From contig OX597831.1 of the NCBI GenBank assembly GCA_951406725.2, positions 54,374,001-54,438,000 on the forward strand: a DNA stretch of 64,000 bases, in the 5' to 3' direction. Shown one piece after another: positions 12,535 to 25,626 of this stretch; the first letter of the stretch is position 1, and the number at the start of each line of letters is the position of its first letter. This DNA is from Octopus vulgaris (Eukaryota). The notes under the pieces were generated by a model. The model searched no databases, was not told the origin of the DNA, and saw only the letters and a program-made list of their open reading frames with translations. The position numbers and the translations under genes were made by a program.

Positions 12535-13853
12535 CTACAATAGGAAAATTTAAAAAAGCAAACAAGGTCATATGAATACAACAACAAGGATATACTGGTA
12601 CATTTGTAACAAAACAAAAAAAAAAAACGGTGGCATGTTGACATCCCCTGTAACAGTGATTTGACAAAAGAAACAGGTTGAATAGGCATCAGGCATAAAA
12701 GTAAGCACTGGGGTTGATTCATTTGACTAAAATTCTTCAAGATAGAGCTCCAGCATGGCTGCAGCCTAATGAAACAAGTAAAATAATACTACTTAGGTGC
12801 ATGCATGGCTTTGCAGTTAAGAAACACACTTTGCAACCATGTGATTTCAGGTTCAGTCCCAGCGCGCAGTACCTTGGGTAAGTGTCTTCTATTACATAGT
12901 CCTGGGCTGACCAATGCCTTGTGAGTGAAACTTATAGACAGAAACTGCATGGAACCCAGTCGTGTGTGTGCGTGCGTGCATGTGTACAAGCATGTGTGCG
13001 TCTTCCTCACCACTTGACACCAATGTCAATTTGTTTGCCTTCCTGTCACTTAGCAGTTGGCAAAAGAGACTGACAGAATAAGAATCATTTAATAAGTACT
13101 ATGGTTGATTTATACAACCCTTCAAGGTGATATCCCAGCATGACCACAGTCTAATGACACAAGTAAAAGTTATAATGAAATAAAAGTAAATAACATTCTG
13201 TTCATTTATTTAATGTCTGTTTTTCAATGCTTGCATGGGTTGAAAGAAGTCTGAGGATGTATTTTATGGTTAGGTGCTCTTTCTGTCACCAACCCTGATA
13301 TAGACCATACTGTCACAGATGCTCAGTTTTTAAATTCCCTGTTTAATCTACATTATAAAAGTCAAGCTGATCGCCACCTCACTGTCTGCCATAACATATA
13401 TATAGAGAGGAAAAGGGAGAGGAATCAAATGGGGAGATAACCCCTGTCATAGCATATGTAAAAAAAGGGAAGAAGGGGAGGAGAAAAAGATGTTGCTATT
13501 GAGAGAAATAATGAGAGATAGTTACTATGATCACAACGCTACCTAACAAGTTCTGATTAAAAACAGGAATTTTAAGTGCAAGTCTGTCAACACAACACAA
13601 GCTTTCACTATATAAAAGCCTACTGGTCATACCACACAAGGTCATGACACTTCTCCATCACACTTATATGCATATATATAATATAGCTACTTTTTTTTGC
13701 TTGTTTGTGTATGTGTGTTTCTGTATGTCTTTCAACATATAGAAAATGCAACAGACTTAAATTTTCACTATAATGACAGGTGCTGCTGAGAAAGAGTGTG
13801 AAAGATAGAATCAAAATTTGTTTTAAAAAAAAACAAAACAGGTTGTTGTTATT

Positions 13854-13898
<45 letters not shown>

Positions 13899-14401
13899 AA
13901 GAGAGAGAGAAAAAGAAAGAGTGTGAGTGTGTGTGAAAGGTAGAGTCACCATAGTAACTAACAACAAAACTTTCATTATATAACAGTCCACTGTTAACTG
14001 ACTGTACCAAAGATAGAGACCCTGAAAACCAGTGCATATAAGCATTCCAAACAGAATTCAGCTGCACAGCCAAGAAGAGAGAAGACAATGGGAAAAGGAC
14101 TTTGACAAGGAATGTTGCATATCATGAAGTTATCTTACAAGATATTGCTCAATAGAATATATTCTGTAGAATATGAAAAAAAAAGTATTCTAAATAAATG
14201 TTATTAACAGTATTCAAACTATTATTAATATTCACAGAGAAAGTCAATCTAAACATTACTGGAACAATTTATGAAGAAACGTGGATGATTAACAAATATT
14301 TTTACAGATGGTGTAGCAGCAGATAATCTAGTATACCATAAAAAGTAAATTTTAAAGACATTTAATATAAAATAACCAATAGAATAACAATTTATTTTTA
14401 C

Positions 14402-14517
14402 TTTTTTGGTGTCTTTGGAACAACAGAAGGACATGGCATGATGTCAGCTTGGAGTTTTGCCATAGCATCAGCTTCACTTTGAACTCTAAAACCATTTTGA
14501 TTATTTGGCTCAAAAAC
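14402..14517 (-). CDS. KIF23: KIF23 exon 7, loop-6 insert (VFEPNNQNGFRVQSEADAMAKLQADIMPCPSVVPKTPK)
   Basis: Acceptor ccaacag, donor gtaaaa; 116 nt; resembles the long L6 insertion typical of kinesin-6. Confidence 0.9.
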
Positions 14518-15054
14518 CTGTTGGTTAAAGAAAATGTAAATATATATACATATATACACATACACACAGAGGAAATTATAAGAGATTTCTTAAAACCAAG
14601 CAACCTAAAGAAATGCTAGCTTTCCAAAAGTAACTGAACTGAATCAAATTTTCAAGGAAAAAAAAAAGATACTAAGATAAATGGGATGGTTTATATTAGG
14701 AAATCCTATTAAAAATGTGCCATATTTGATGGCACAATAAAAAGTACAACTCAATTTCAGTAGCATATATACAAGAAAAACAGTTTTTAGTGCATTAAAT
14801 CATGTGATATAGGTCCAACTCTGCATAAAAGACTCAGGGTTACATTTTTGAGACATTGTTTGGGGAAAAAAAAATGCCATCAAAAATGCTAAGTTATATG
14901 ACAAAACAGACTGAAATAAACATGAATAAATTTACAAATCTGTTAAATCTAAAACATAATAAAATGAGAGCATTAGAATATTTACAAATTCTTCCATTAC
15001 TAGTTAAAAAGGAAGGAGAATGTGAAAAAAAATTTTTTTTTTATTCATTAATTA

Positions 15055-15548
15055 CCGCAAATCCTCGAGTATATCCGCATTTTTCCCCCAAAATTTAAAG
15101 GTCAAAATCCCTAGTGCATATTATACACAAGCTTAAAAATGAAAATTATCTTCTAAGCAATGTCTGAGACCCTATTTGCTGTCTGGCAATGTTTATTCAG
15201 ACACATTTTGTGATGTCGGGCGCAAAAATACCTTAAGCTAAGCCTCAAACCAATGAAGTCATAAAAGAATCATCCATAACTTGCCGTAAGCAACATTTAT
15301 TAAACATTATTACTGTTATTTCTTTATTTTCTGCAAACAAAATGCACCAAAAAGCTACACATTTGCATTATGTTATATATACAATAATAATAAAGGACGT
15401 TACCGTATACATTTTTACAAACCAAGGACATTATATAGACCTCCTTGACTCAAGTTAGATAAGGGGTGCGTATTATACACAAGGTTTAGGTTTTTCAGAG
15501 GTACGGCTCTCTAAAAGTCCCCTGCGTATTATACTCGAGGATTTACGG
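15055..15548. mobile_element. Tc2/pogo-like MITE (partial inverted copy at ~51328-51510)
   Basis: TA|CCGCAAATCCTCGAGTATA ... TATACTCGAGGATTTACGG|TA; the empty site is visible in a local duplicate near 16565. Confidence 0.85.
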
Positions 15549-16912
15549 TAACCAACGTAATATCTTTTAACCCTTTAGCATTTAAACCAGCCATATCCGG
15601 CCAAAATACTCTGCCTGTTTTATGCTCAAACTGACCCGATCTAGCCTCTTGTACCTCACTCTATAATGTCATAGTAAAACTAAACAATCACATCATTGAA
15701 ATCTTGAAGCTACGAAATATTGCATGAAGAATTCAAAGCAACGTGAATAACTAAGCATTGTATCTTACAGACAAATATGAATGCTAAATATAGTTGCAGG
15801 TACATTGAAAATACATTTTATTGTGCTTTAATATTCTGAACTAATCAAACACTTGTTGGCGCTCAGGGCTTTATCCTTTAGCATTTAAACTGGGCAGATC
15901 TGGCCTCTCACACCCATCCTGTAATGCCATTATCAAAATCTTGAAATTGCAAGATAGTATATGATTGATTTAAAACAATCTTCATCATCATCATTTAACG
16001 TCTGTTGTCCATGCTAGCATGGGTTGGACGGTTTGACTGGGCTGGCCTGCTGGAAGGCTGCACCAAACTCCAGTCTGATTTGGCATGGTTTTCTACGGCT
16101 GGATGCCCTTCCTAACACCAACCACTCCAAGTGTAATGAGTACTTTTACATGCCACTGGCATGGGTGCCATTTGCATGACACTAGTATCTGCCATGACTG
16201 CAATTTTGCTTGGCTTGTTGGGTCATAGTGCCAATGGTCTTGGTAATTGCTTCCATGAGGCCCAATGCTGGAAAGGAACTCAGCCACCTCACCTCCATGA
16301 GGTTCATTAAATCACATGATATAGGCCCAACTCTACATAAAGGATCTAGGGTTACATTTCTTAAGCATTGTTTGGGGAAAAAAATGCATCTTATATGCCA
16401 TCAAATATGCTAAGTTATATGACAAATCAGACTGAAATAAACCTAAATGAATTTACAAATCTGTTAAATCTAAAACATTATAAATTAAGAGAATTAGAAT
16501 ATTTACAAATTCTGTTACTAGTTAAAAAAGTAGAATGTGAAAAAGGTTTTTGTTTTTATTCATTAATTTACCTATGTAAAATCTTAACCCTTTAGCATTT
16601 AAACCAGCCATATCCAGCCAAAATACTCTGCCTGTTTTATGCTCAAACTTTCCAGATCACACCTCTCCTACTTACTGTGCAATGTCATTCTAAAACTAAA
16701 TCATATCATCAAAATCTTGAAGCTATGAAATATTGCATGACAAATTCAAAGCAACATGAATAACTAAGCATTGTATTTTACAATACGAAAAAATAAGCGT
16801 TACAAAGGGTTAAGCTTCAATACCTCAGAGAAGCAAAATAAACTAAAATAAAATAAACTGAAAACAAAAACAATTTAAAAAAAAAAAGGAAAGAAATACA
16901 AAATTTTCTTAC

Positions 16913-17049
16913 ATATTTTTTTGCCTGATGATGTTCAATTGTGTTAAAAATGACATCAAGACACCTCGGTAATATACCCTGGTCAACTGGGGTACCAGTC
17001 ATTGTGTACGTCTTACCAGAGCCAGTTACACCATAGGTGAAGAGGAGAG
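16913..17049 (-). CDS. KIF23: KIF23 exon 6, P-loop ([19 protein letters not shown]...[22 protein letters not shown])
   Basis: Kinesin-6-type P-loop GVTGSGKT; acceptor ttgtcag, donor gtaaga; 137 nt. Confidence 0.97.
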
Positions 17050-17256
17050 CTGACAAATAGATTAAAAATCAAATCTCTTAGATTTTCATGCAATGTATTT
17101 ATTTTTATTATTTTATTATCTACAGAGGCTGAAAAGCTAGATATGAAAATAAGAAATCAAAATGAATCATACCCTTACAGTTCTATATTTAAGAGATGAG
17201 AAATTATGAGCATTATTTACATTCAACAGATATTTGTCCTCATTTTGTTTGTTGTT

Positions 17257-17302
17257 AACACAACGTTTCAGCCGATACACCCTCCAGCATTCTTCAGGTG
17301 TC
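17257..17302 (-). ncRNA. Minimal type-I hammerhead ribozyme motif (Penelope-like), sense to KIF23 pre-mRNA
   Basis: Minus strand GACAC CUGAAGA a-u-GCUG gaggguguau CGGC-u GAAAC GUU GUGUU: intact CUGANGA and GAAA core, stem I GACAC/GUGUU, loopless AC/GU stem III. Confidence 0.72.
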
Positions 17303-17411
17303 TTGGGGAAATTTCGAACCTGTGTTCTCATTCCTAAGGTGATTTTCTTTTAATAATAATAGCATCGAAAAATACCTTAGGGATGAGAACCCAGGTTTGA
17401 AATTTCCCCAA

Positions 17412-17457
17412 GACACCTGATGAAGGCTGGAGGGTATATCAGCAGAAACATTGTGTT
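17412..17457 (+). ncRNA. Minimal type-I hammerhead ribozyme motif, inverted partner copy
   Basis: GACAC CTGATGA a gGCTG gagggtatat CAGCa GAAAC aTT GTGTT; core intact, one G>A change in stem III. Confidence 0.65.
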
Positions 17458-17728
17458 AACAACAAGCAAGATGAGGACAAATATCTGTTGAATGTAATTA
17501 ATGTAAATAATGCACAAATCATAGCCTTATAATATCAGAATAGATAATGTCATTTAACATATTGGTTTCAAATTTTGGTACAAGGTCAGCAATTTTGAAG
17601 GTGGGGGTAAGTTAATTAAATTGACCGTAGTGCTCAACAGGTACTTATTTTAATGACCCCAAAGGGATGAAAAGCAAAGTTGCCCTCAACAGATTTTGAA
17701 CTCGGGATACACAGACAGCCAAAATACT

Positions 17729-17951
17729 TATTTCATTACTACCCACAAGGGGCTAAACACAGAGAGGACAAACAAACGGATTAAGTCGATTATACTGACC
17801 CCAGTGCATAACTGGTACTTACTTAATCGACCCCGAAAGGATGAAAGGCAAAGTCGACCTAGGCGGAATTGGAACTCAGAACGTAACGGCAGACGAAATA
17901 CGGCTACGCATTTCGCCCGGCGTGCTAACATTTCTGCCAGCTTGCCGCCTT
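17729..17951 (-). mobile_element. Young tRNA-derived SINE nested in an older copy of the same family (other copies 36194-36424, 36755, 45940, 46900, 56145, 59350, 63380)
   Basis: Conserved GGCGGCGAGCTGGCAGAA...GAGTTCAAATTCC...GTCGACTTTGCCTTTCATCCTTTCGGGGTCGAT body. The 36194-36424 copy has an 11-bp TSD AGAAACTGTGT. Confidence 0.85.
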
Positions 17952-20370
17952 TGAAATACAGTCGAAATACCACTAAGCATTTTGCCTGGCATGCTAACAA
18001 TTCCGCCAGATTACCACCTTAATGTTAATTGATATATTAAAAACAGATTGATATAGAATTTCAGTCATCATCATTCTTTTACACTTGGCTTCCATCACAG
18101 ACCAAATTAACTCATATCTGGAGTTGTCCTCTTAAACTAAGCAACCACATTTCATTCAAACATTAAGTTCAACATGTTTTCTACAGCTTGCTGTTCTTTC
18201 TATGCTCAACTACTGAACCGTGAACATTAGGTGCATTTTATGTGAAACCAGCACTAAAAAGGTTGTCATGTCCTCAACAAGACAAGGCTAAGATCTTCAT
18301 AATGCCACATTGTAAAGTTGTTGGCAAATGAGTAGATAAAGTGAACTGGGTGCATGTTGTCACAATACCAGCACTAGTACTATTTCTATTGTCTTGTACA
18401 CTGCAAAACAAAAACCATCTACTATAATAATACATATGTGTTTTTCTCCGTCACAACATATGAATGAGAAAGGAAGGAGTGATAGATGAATAAGGAACGA
18501 AGGAGTGATGGCAAACTGGTAGTGGGAGCATTTCAACTTTGTGTGCGTATATGTGTATGTAAAAGGGAGGTATGTAAATATTTGTGTGTGTGTGTGTGTG
18601 TGCAATGGAAGTGGGATGGTGAACTTCAACGCTGAAAAGAAAAATCAAACAGCGTTTCAATTCTGTGTGAGTATATGTATGTGTGTGCATGTACAAGAGA
18701 AGTATGTGCGAGCTAGTGTTCTTCCAGTAACAGTGATTGATGTCACATCTCAAAAGACAATCACCAGATAACATTGACAAGTGTGTTAATTTGATTTAAA
18801 ATCCATATTTATATATAAAGTACTACAATTAGCCATCATTTTTGATGGTATGGGGCCAGCTAGTTATATACAATAATTCCTTTTGTAATACTCTAGCTAT
18901 CATCATCATCATTTCATGGCTGCTTTTCCATGCTGGCATGAGTTGAATTGGTCATCACCATCCAAGTTAGTTTTATACAAAGTTACTGCCATCCCAATAG
19001 CATCTCACATATCCCATTTCTGACAAGGTTTCTGCATTTGGTTACCCTTTCTATCATCAATCACTCTACAGAGTATCCCGAATGCATTTTATCATGGAAT
19101 CAGCAGTGACAGAGAAAGACTGAGAAGTCTTCTCTACCCTATGTTGCTGTCATTCATTTGTTCATCAGCTCCAAAGAAGTTATATCTAATCTTTAGCAAG
19201 ATTAAAGGAAGAGAGAAAGGAGTAAAAGAAATGAGTAACAGAGATAAGTGGGATGGATGTCAATAATAAAAGATAAATGAAGGGAAATAAAGGAAGAGTG
19301 TAATGGGGAGGGGGAGGATAAGGATAGCAGATATTGTACAGAGGACACAGAACATGAATAAATATAATTCATTGTCATATGTTGTTTCATAGGCAGCATA
19401 ACGGAATAGAGTGGTATGGGTAAATAGGGTAAGATAGACCCTGATGTAGATATTAACCCTTTAGTGTTTAAACCGGCTGTATCCGGCCCAAATATTCTAC
19501 ACATTTTATGCTCAAACTGGCCAGAACCAACATCTCACACCTACCCTGCAATGTCATTCTAAAAATAAGCAATTACATCTTTCCTGGCTTGAAGCTACAA
19601 AATAATATCAGTTAAATTTTTTTTAATGTGAATAAATAAAGATTATTTTTGCCAAATTAATATGAATGCTAAAGGGTTAAACATACCTTTTAACAATAGG
19701 TTCAAGACCACAAATTTTGAGGAAAAGATAGATTGACTTGAGAGCATGACAACTAAAGTCAGACTTGGTAGGTTTTGTAATAGGCATGGCTGTGCGGGTA
19801 AGTAGTTCACTTCTCAACCACATGGTTTCAGGTTCAATCCCACTGTACAGCACCTCGAGCAAGTGTCTTCTACTGTAGCCCAGGGCCAACCAAAGCCTTG
19901 AGTGAATTTAGTAGGCAGAGATTCCATCATGCGTGCATGCTTGTGCCTCCTCTGATAGACAGTACCATAAACAGATAAGTGAAATAATGTAAGGAACTTT
20001 ATCTGAGTGTGTCTCTTTAGAAGCATATGGTCAGGAATTTGTGTGGAGAACAATTGATTATATTTACCCCAGTACTTGTATGTTAGATATTTCATCAACC
20101 CCAGAAGAATGGAGGGTAAAGTGGATCTCAGCAACATTTGAGGATAGAACATAGACTAAAAACTACAAGGCATTTTGTTAGTTTTAATCACTCAGCTAAT
20201 TCTCTACCTTATACAATAATGACAACAATCCTAACAACAAATTCTTTACAAAAATTTTTCAGTCAGCATTATCAACATCAATAATTTAATGCTTGTTTTC
20301 TCCTCACCCATAATCATGATTACAATGATTTTAAAAGACAAAATTCAAATGTTTAAACCTAACAACTTAC

Positions 20371-20476
20371 TATTACGTCCAGCAATAAGATCTTCAACAA
20401 GAGGCAAAGAAACCACATCAAATATGTCCTTCTGTGTTGAAGTTTCATCAAATACTTGCTGGAATGTGTATAAAAA
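20371..20476 (-). CDS. KIF23: KIF23 exon 5 (FLYTFQQVFDETSTQKDIFDVVSLPLVEDLIAGRN)
   Basis: Acceptor tctctcccccag, donor gtaagt; 106 nt; YxFxxVF and TQxxxF kinesin motifs. Confidence 0.95.
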
Positions 20477-20884
20477 CTGGGGGAGAGAAAAAAAACAAAA
20501 AAAAAACATTTAAAATATTAAAATAAAAATTGTTAAAGATCATCATAAGGATGTCAAAGAAGCTTCTAGAATTACAGGTTCTTCCTATTTCTTTAAACAT
20601 GTTTAACATTTTCAATGCACAGGCCACTCCAAAGTGGCCTGGAATAGGTGCAAACCAGTTCAAAGTGGTTCGCGAGCATGATAAATGTCTGCATTTCATG
20701 CTGACTAGCTCTATAGAGATACTTAACAGAAAAGTGCCTAAGCACATCTATATTCAACTCATGGAATGAAAGGCTAGCTACTTTCCCAGAATTTATTGAG
20801 AAAACTCAGGAAAATGGGTGATCATTCATTTCACAAGTCAAATACAGTTAATATAGTTTCAATATGGTCCACTGATAGACTGCA

Positions 20885-21142
20885 GGTGGCACGTTAAAAA
20901 AGAAAAACACCATTTGGGCGTGGCCATTGCCAGTACCGCCTGACTGGCCCTCGTGCCGGTGGCACGTAAAAGCACCCACTTACACTCTCACGAGTGGTTG
21001 GCGTTAGGAAAAGCATCCAGCTGTAGAAACTCTGCCAGATTCAAGATTGGAGCCTGGTGCAGCCATCTGGTTCGCTAGTCCTCAGTCAAATCGTCCAACT
21101 CATGCTAGCATGGAAAGCGGACATTAAACAATGATGATGATG
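20885..21142 (+). mobile_element. Abundant SINE/LINE 3'-end family with (GAT)n tail (many copies, e.g. ~280-430, 15983, 27770, 34150, 34800, 58100, 62200)
   Basis: Recurrent GGTTGGCGTTAGGAAGGGCATCCAGCTGTAGAAAC...CCATGCTAGCATGGAAAGCGGACATTAAAC(GAT)n on both strands. Confidence 0.8.
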
Positions 21143-21742
21143 AATTTTAGAGGGGTAATGTTGTTTAGATGAGGGCATCACTGTAATTTGTACTGTGAAT
21201 GATCATGACAATGGCCGTAATGAACAACACAAGTAGATTTTGTGTATGTTATGTAAGCCTAGTGTACAGACATTGTTTATTACTAATCCGCTGATCAAAA
21301 TGTAAACAAATGTCAAAGCTTCATGTAAAAATGTCAATTTTTTGCTTCGCATGTTAAAGACAATACACCATACATTGCATATATGTGCATGCATGTGTCT
21401 TTGTGTTTGTCCCCTACCACTGCTTGACAGCCGATGTTGGTTTGTTTACATCCCACAGCCTAGCAGTTCACCATAAGACACTGCCAAAATAAGTACCAAG
21501 CTCTGAAAATATAATTACTGGTGCTGATTCACTCTTCTAAAACCCTTTGAGGTAATGCTCCAGTATGATCACAGTCCAATGACCGAAACAAGTTAATGGT
21601 AAAAAGAATACATTAAGCTTCAGATTTTAAAAGCAAAGACATTGATTTCCCCCACCTCTAAAAAGCCATTACAATTACAAGAAGTGAAAGACCTTCAACC
21701 AAAAATCCAAATATAGGCATCAGACTTATGATAATTTTAGTA

Positions 21743-22055
21743 TAGTAATACCTCACTTTACAAGGAATTGCTTTATGAGCCACTGGGTATATAAATTTTA
21801 TTTTTCAAGTGTAAGATCCAAAATTTTAAATGATCTTGACATTCTTTCTACTTTGCATAAAATATTCTTTACATTCTACGGTTTTATTGCCATTTATTTA
21901 TAAGTATTACAAATTTTACAGGTAAAATATTTTTCTGGGAACGAATCGTGATTTATATAAGCATTGCGACTGTGGGAAAGTATTACTGTTTTACGAGTTT
22001 TCGCTTTATGAGCAGTCTCTGGGAATAAATTAACTCTTATATCGAGGCATTGCTG
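21743..22055. mobile_element. Tigger/pogo-like MITE
   Basis: TA-flanked imperfect TIRs TAGTAATACCTCAC / TCGAGGCATTGCTG. Confidence 0.55.
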
Positions 22056-22503
22056 TAATAATACACCTAGGCCAGGAATTTTAGGAAGGAATGTAAGGAG
22101 GACAATTCTTAACTAAACGATTAAGCACAATTAAGGGAAAACTATTTAAAATTCATAATTGTTTTTTTTTCTGTATACAAATATCATCCTTATGGTTGCA
22201 CTAAAGAATCCAGTTGCCGTTGCTTCATTTTTGTACGTGTAAATCGATATATGCACATGCATATACAAGTGCACGGGTGCATTTTATATTTTTCTTATTC
22301 TTTAATCCAAAGAAAATAGAGATCCACGCTTAGTCTTTGCAGTCTCTCCTAGGCAGGTGAGATCATTGCAGTTATGTTCATCTGTATCGTTAATGTCTTG
22401 TATCTATGACAGTGTTATTTGTTAGTTTTATTTACCAGATAATTCATAATAAACATCTCACTTCTTGTAAACTAAATCACGAAAATAACAAAGGAATATT
22501 TAC

Positions 22504-22530
22504 TTCTCTTGGTTGTGCATTTCGGTATCC
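22504..22530 (-). CDS. KIF23: KIF23 exon 4, 27-nt microexon (GYRNAQPRE)
   Basis: Acceptor ctttcttttctgttttttag, donor gtaaat; phase 0/0; fills the gap matching vertebrate GYRLNRNGDYKE. Confidence 0.82.
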
Positions 22531-23225
22531 CTAAAAAACAGAAAAGAAAGTACAAAGCGTTTTTTAATAATCAAAATTTTCATAAATTATAAACAAAATA
22601 ACACTTCTTTAGTAATAATTAATGCAAAAACAGTTAAAACAATTATTATACATATTCTCAGACATCAGTCATTTCAACTATATATCAAACATTATAAACA
22701 TAAATACATCTAGAAAACTCATTAAGAACAATTTCTGTGAATGTACTGCACTACTGATCGCATGGTTTCACTACAGGTATTGAAAAGACACGATGCTGTA
22801 CATAACTCAGTTAGTTAGATTGTTTATCAGCACTGCACTGTCTTTCAGATTTCCTATGTGGAATGAGAAAAATGACTAAGCAACAATGCAGAACATGTGC
22901 CAGGTTTTGTAAATCACTCTGTCCACTCAGCTTTGGAAAATGAATTTAGCAAAGCTTTATCAAAAAGGTTTTAAATGTTTTTATTGCTTAACACACACAC
23001 ACACAAAATTAATACCAAACTTAAAGAAAATAAGATGCCACAGAGACACCCAAATAGATATGGCATAGGCATCGCTATGTGGTAACAAGTTTGCTTCTCA
23101 ACCATATGGTTCCAGGTTCAGTCTCACTGCATGGCTCCTTGGGCAAGTGTCTGCTACTTTAGCCTTGGGCTGACCAAAGCTTTGAGTAGAAAGAAACTGA
23201 AAGAAGCCCATCGTGTGTGTGTGCG

Positions 23226-23264
<39 letters not shown>

Positions 23265-23502
23265 CACATCTGTATGTGTCTTTGTGTCTGTCCTCCACAA
23301 TCACTTGACAACCAGTAATGCTGTGTTTAATTGCCATAACTTAGCAGTTCAACAAAAGAACTGATAGAATAAGTACCAGCCTTAATAAAAACATAAGTAT
23401 TGGGGTTGATTCATTTGACTAAAATTTCTTTAAGGTGGTGACCCACCATGGCCACAGTCTAATGATAAAAACAAGTAAAAGATAGAAACATAGATTAAAC
23501 TA

Positions 23503-23719
23503 TGAGGGGATGCTGAAAAATTCCTGGCTTTGAGTAAAAGAAAATAGAAGAGAATCAGTTAATCATGATCTTATCCAACATATTCCCCTTTCAGATTCGC
23601 ACACCTATTGTAATGATCCTTCAGTTTTCCTAAGCCATGTAAAAGAACTTAGAAGGTTGAGCCTCCAGCCAGGCCTTTCACAATACTTTTAAAGCCAGAC
23701 ACTTTTCAGCACCCCCTCA
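23503..23719. mobile_element. Mariner-derived MITE (related copies ~10473-10687 and ~41420-41607)
   Basis: TA|TGAGGGGATGCTGAAAAATTCCTGGCTTT ... AAAGCCAGACACTTTTCAGCACCCCCTCA|TA. Confidence 0.78.
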
Positions 23720-24256
23720 TACATCAGTTTGGTTGAAACTTTACATTAGTTGCTCTTTGTTAATTTAAGGTAAAATCACCAATAGGATATCAGATTCAAA
23801 TGCACACCTTATGGAATATGTTGAATTGAAATATCAAAGAATTAAGAATTGTCTAACAGGCAAAAATACAATCCCCCTGATGGAAACAAGAGAAGAATTA
23901 AATGAATTGACCTAAGACAGAGAAATATAAAACTTTAAGAAGGTGTACTCATGAGATCTATTTATTTTAGTCTCTTGAAAGAATAATAACAATTGGTACA
24001 GTTAATTGAGATGACTTGGATAATTGATATCTCTGCAGGCATGTATGGTGCTGGAGATACAAAAATTGTAATTTGTTTGAGGAGAAACATCAAGTGTCTC
24101 AAACTTGCATTTCAAATTTTCTCTCCAAAAAATGCATCCATTGTTTACATGAACTGATCTATAGTTTGTTTTTTTTGTAATTTAACCTACTTTTTATTGT
24201 AATTTTTACAAAAAACTCATTGAGGATTCTTCCTGTTTATATTGTTTACATGCCTA

Positions 24257-24689
24257 GGCATAGGAGTGGCTGTGTGGTAAGTAGCTTGCTTACGAACTGC
24301 ATGGTTCCGGGTTCAGTCCCACTGCGTAGCACCTTGGCAAGTGTCTTCTACTACAACCTCGAGCCAACCAAAGCCTTTTGAGTGGATTTGGTAGACGGAA
24401 ACCTAAAACTGCCTGTCGTATATATGAATACATATGTGTGTGTGTCTGTCTGTGTGTGTGTGTGTGTCTGTCTGTGTGTGTGTGTGTGTCTGTGTATGTG
24501 CCCCCAACATCACTTGACAACCGATGCCGGTGTGTTAACATCCTCATAACTTAGCGGTTCGGCAAGAGACTAATAGAATAAATACTAGGCTTACAAAGAA
24601 TAAGTCCTGGGGTTGATTTGCTTGACTAAAGACAGTGCTCCAGCATGACCACAGTCAAATGACTGAAACAAATAAAAGAGTAAAAGAGT
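24257..24689 (+). mobile_element. Abundant tRNA-derived SINE with internal (TG)n (many copies across the window)
   Basis: Head TGGCTGTGTGGTAAG / GGTTCAGTCCC, internal microsatellite, AAAAGAGT tail; closely similar to the TSD-flanked copy at 60512-60913. Confidence 0.88.
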
Positions 24690-25626
24690 GTGCCTGTTCC
24701 AACATCTCACATGATTTTATTCATTAAAACTTAAACTTCTTATAACTTCCATCATCATAATTGCTTTGCTTTCATTAAAAGTTTGTGGCCATACACAACT
24801 ATCACACACAAAATATAATAATAATAATGAAATTATTGTGCATAGTTCTCAGGTGCACTACAACTCGTCAAAGGTGCATGTACAAAAGTCAGAAAAGTGA
24901 ACAGTGTATGAGTCATGATACACATGTATGCATGTGCATGGAGTGGGGGATATCAGGTGTAGTGTTGGCGAATTTCAGAAAGAATGGAGGTTTTTAAAGG
25001 ATGCAATGTTTCGGCAACTATCAACTGATGCAGGTAATTTGTTCCATGTTTCACAAATCTGAAGTATGAAAAAATGTTTCTGAAAGTCGTGGGAGTTGTG
25101 CTGATTTCTGACTTTGTAGGCATGCCCAAAGCTTCCGAATCCTGTTTTATGATTGGATAAAAATTATTAAACTTTAAAGCTCTGTAAAATTTTTCTGAAA
25201 CCGGTAAATAAAATCAGATTCAGCATAGAAAAAAGTACATCAATATACCAAATTTGAAAACTTTCAATTTTAAAATTTCAAAAACTGTGAAAGCAATAGA
25301 ATAGATCTGGCAAGTGCTTTCTGTTATGGCCCCAGGCCAACCAAAGTTTCATGAGTGTATTTGGTAAGGAGAAAGTGAAAGAAACCAGTTGTGGGAGGGG
25401 GGGTACGATCCCCTTGCCTTGACTTTGTGCGATAGCTGTAAGAGTCACGATCATGCAAGTGATGGCCTTCATTTCTAATCTCCAAGGAAAACCTACCTGG
25501 TCACAGGGAAACATTACCTTACTCGCAGAAAGGTTAGTGTTAGCAACAGAAAGGGCATCTGGCCATAGAAAATCCTCAACAAATTCCATCTGGCCCATAC
25601 AAGCATGGAAAAGTGGAGGTAGTGCT

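Noticed and set aside
13950-14090. Good minus-strand acceptor (cttctctcttcttggctgtgcag) and ORFs in intron 7
   Set aside because: Splicing from exon 7 gives an immediate stop (AAC TGA), and the ORFs run into a (TC)n microsatellite.
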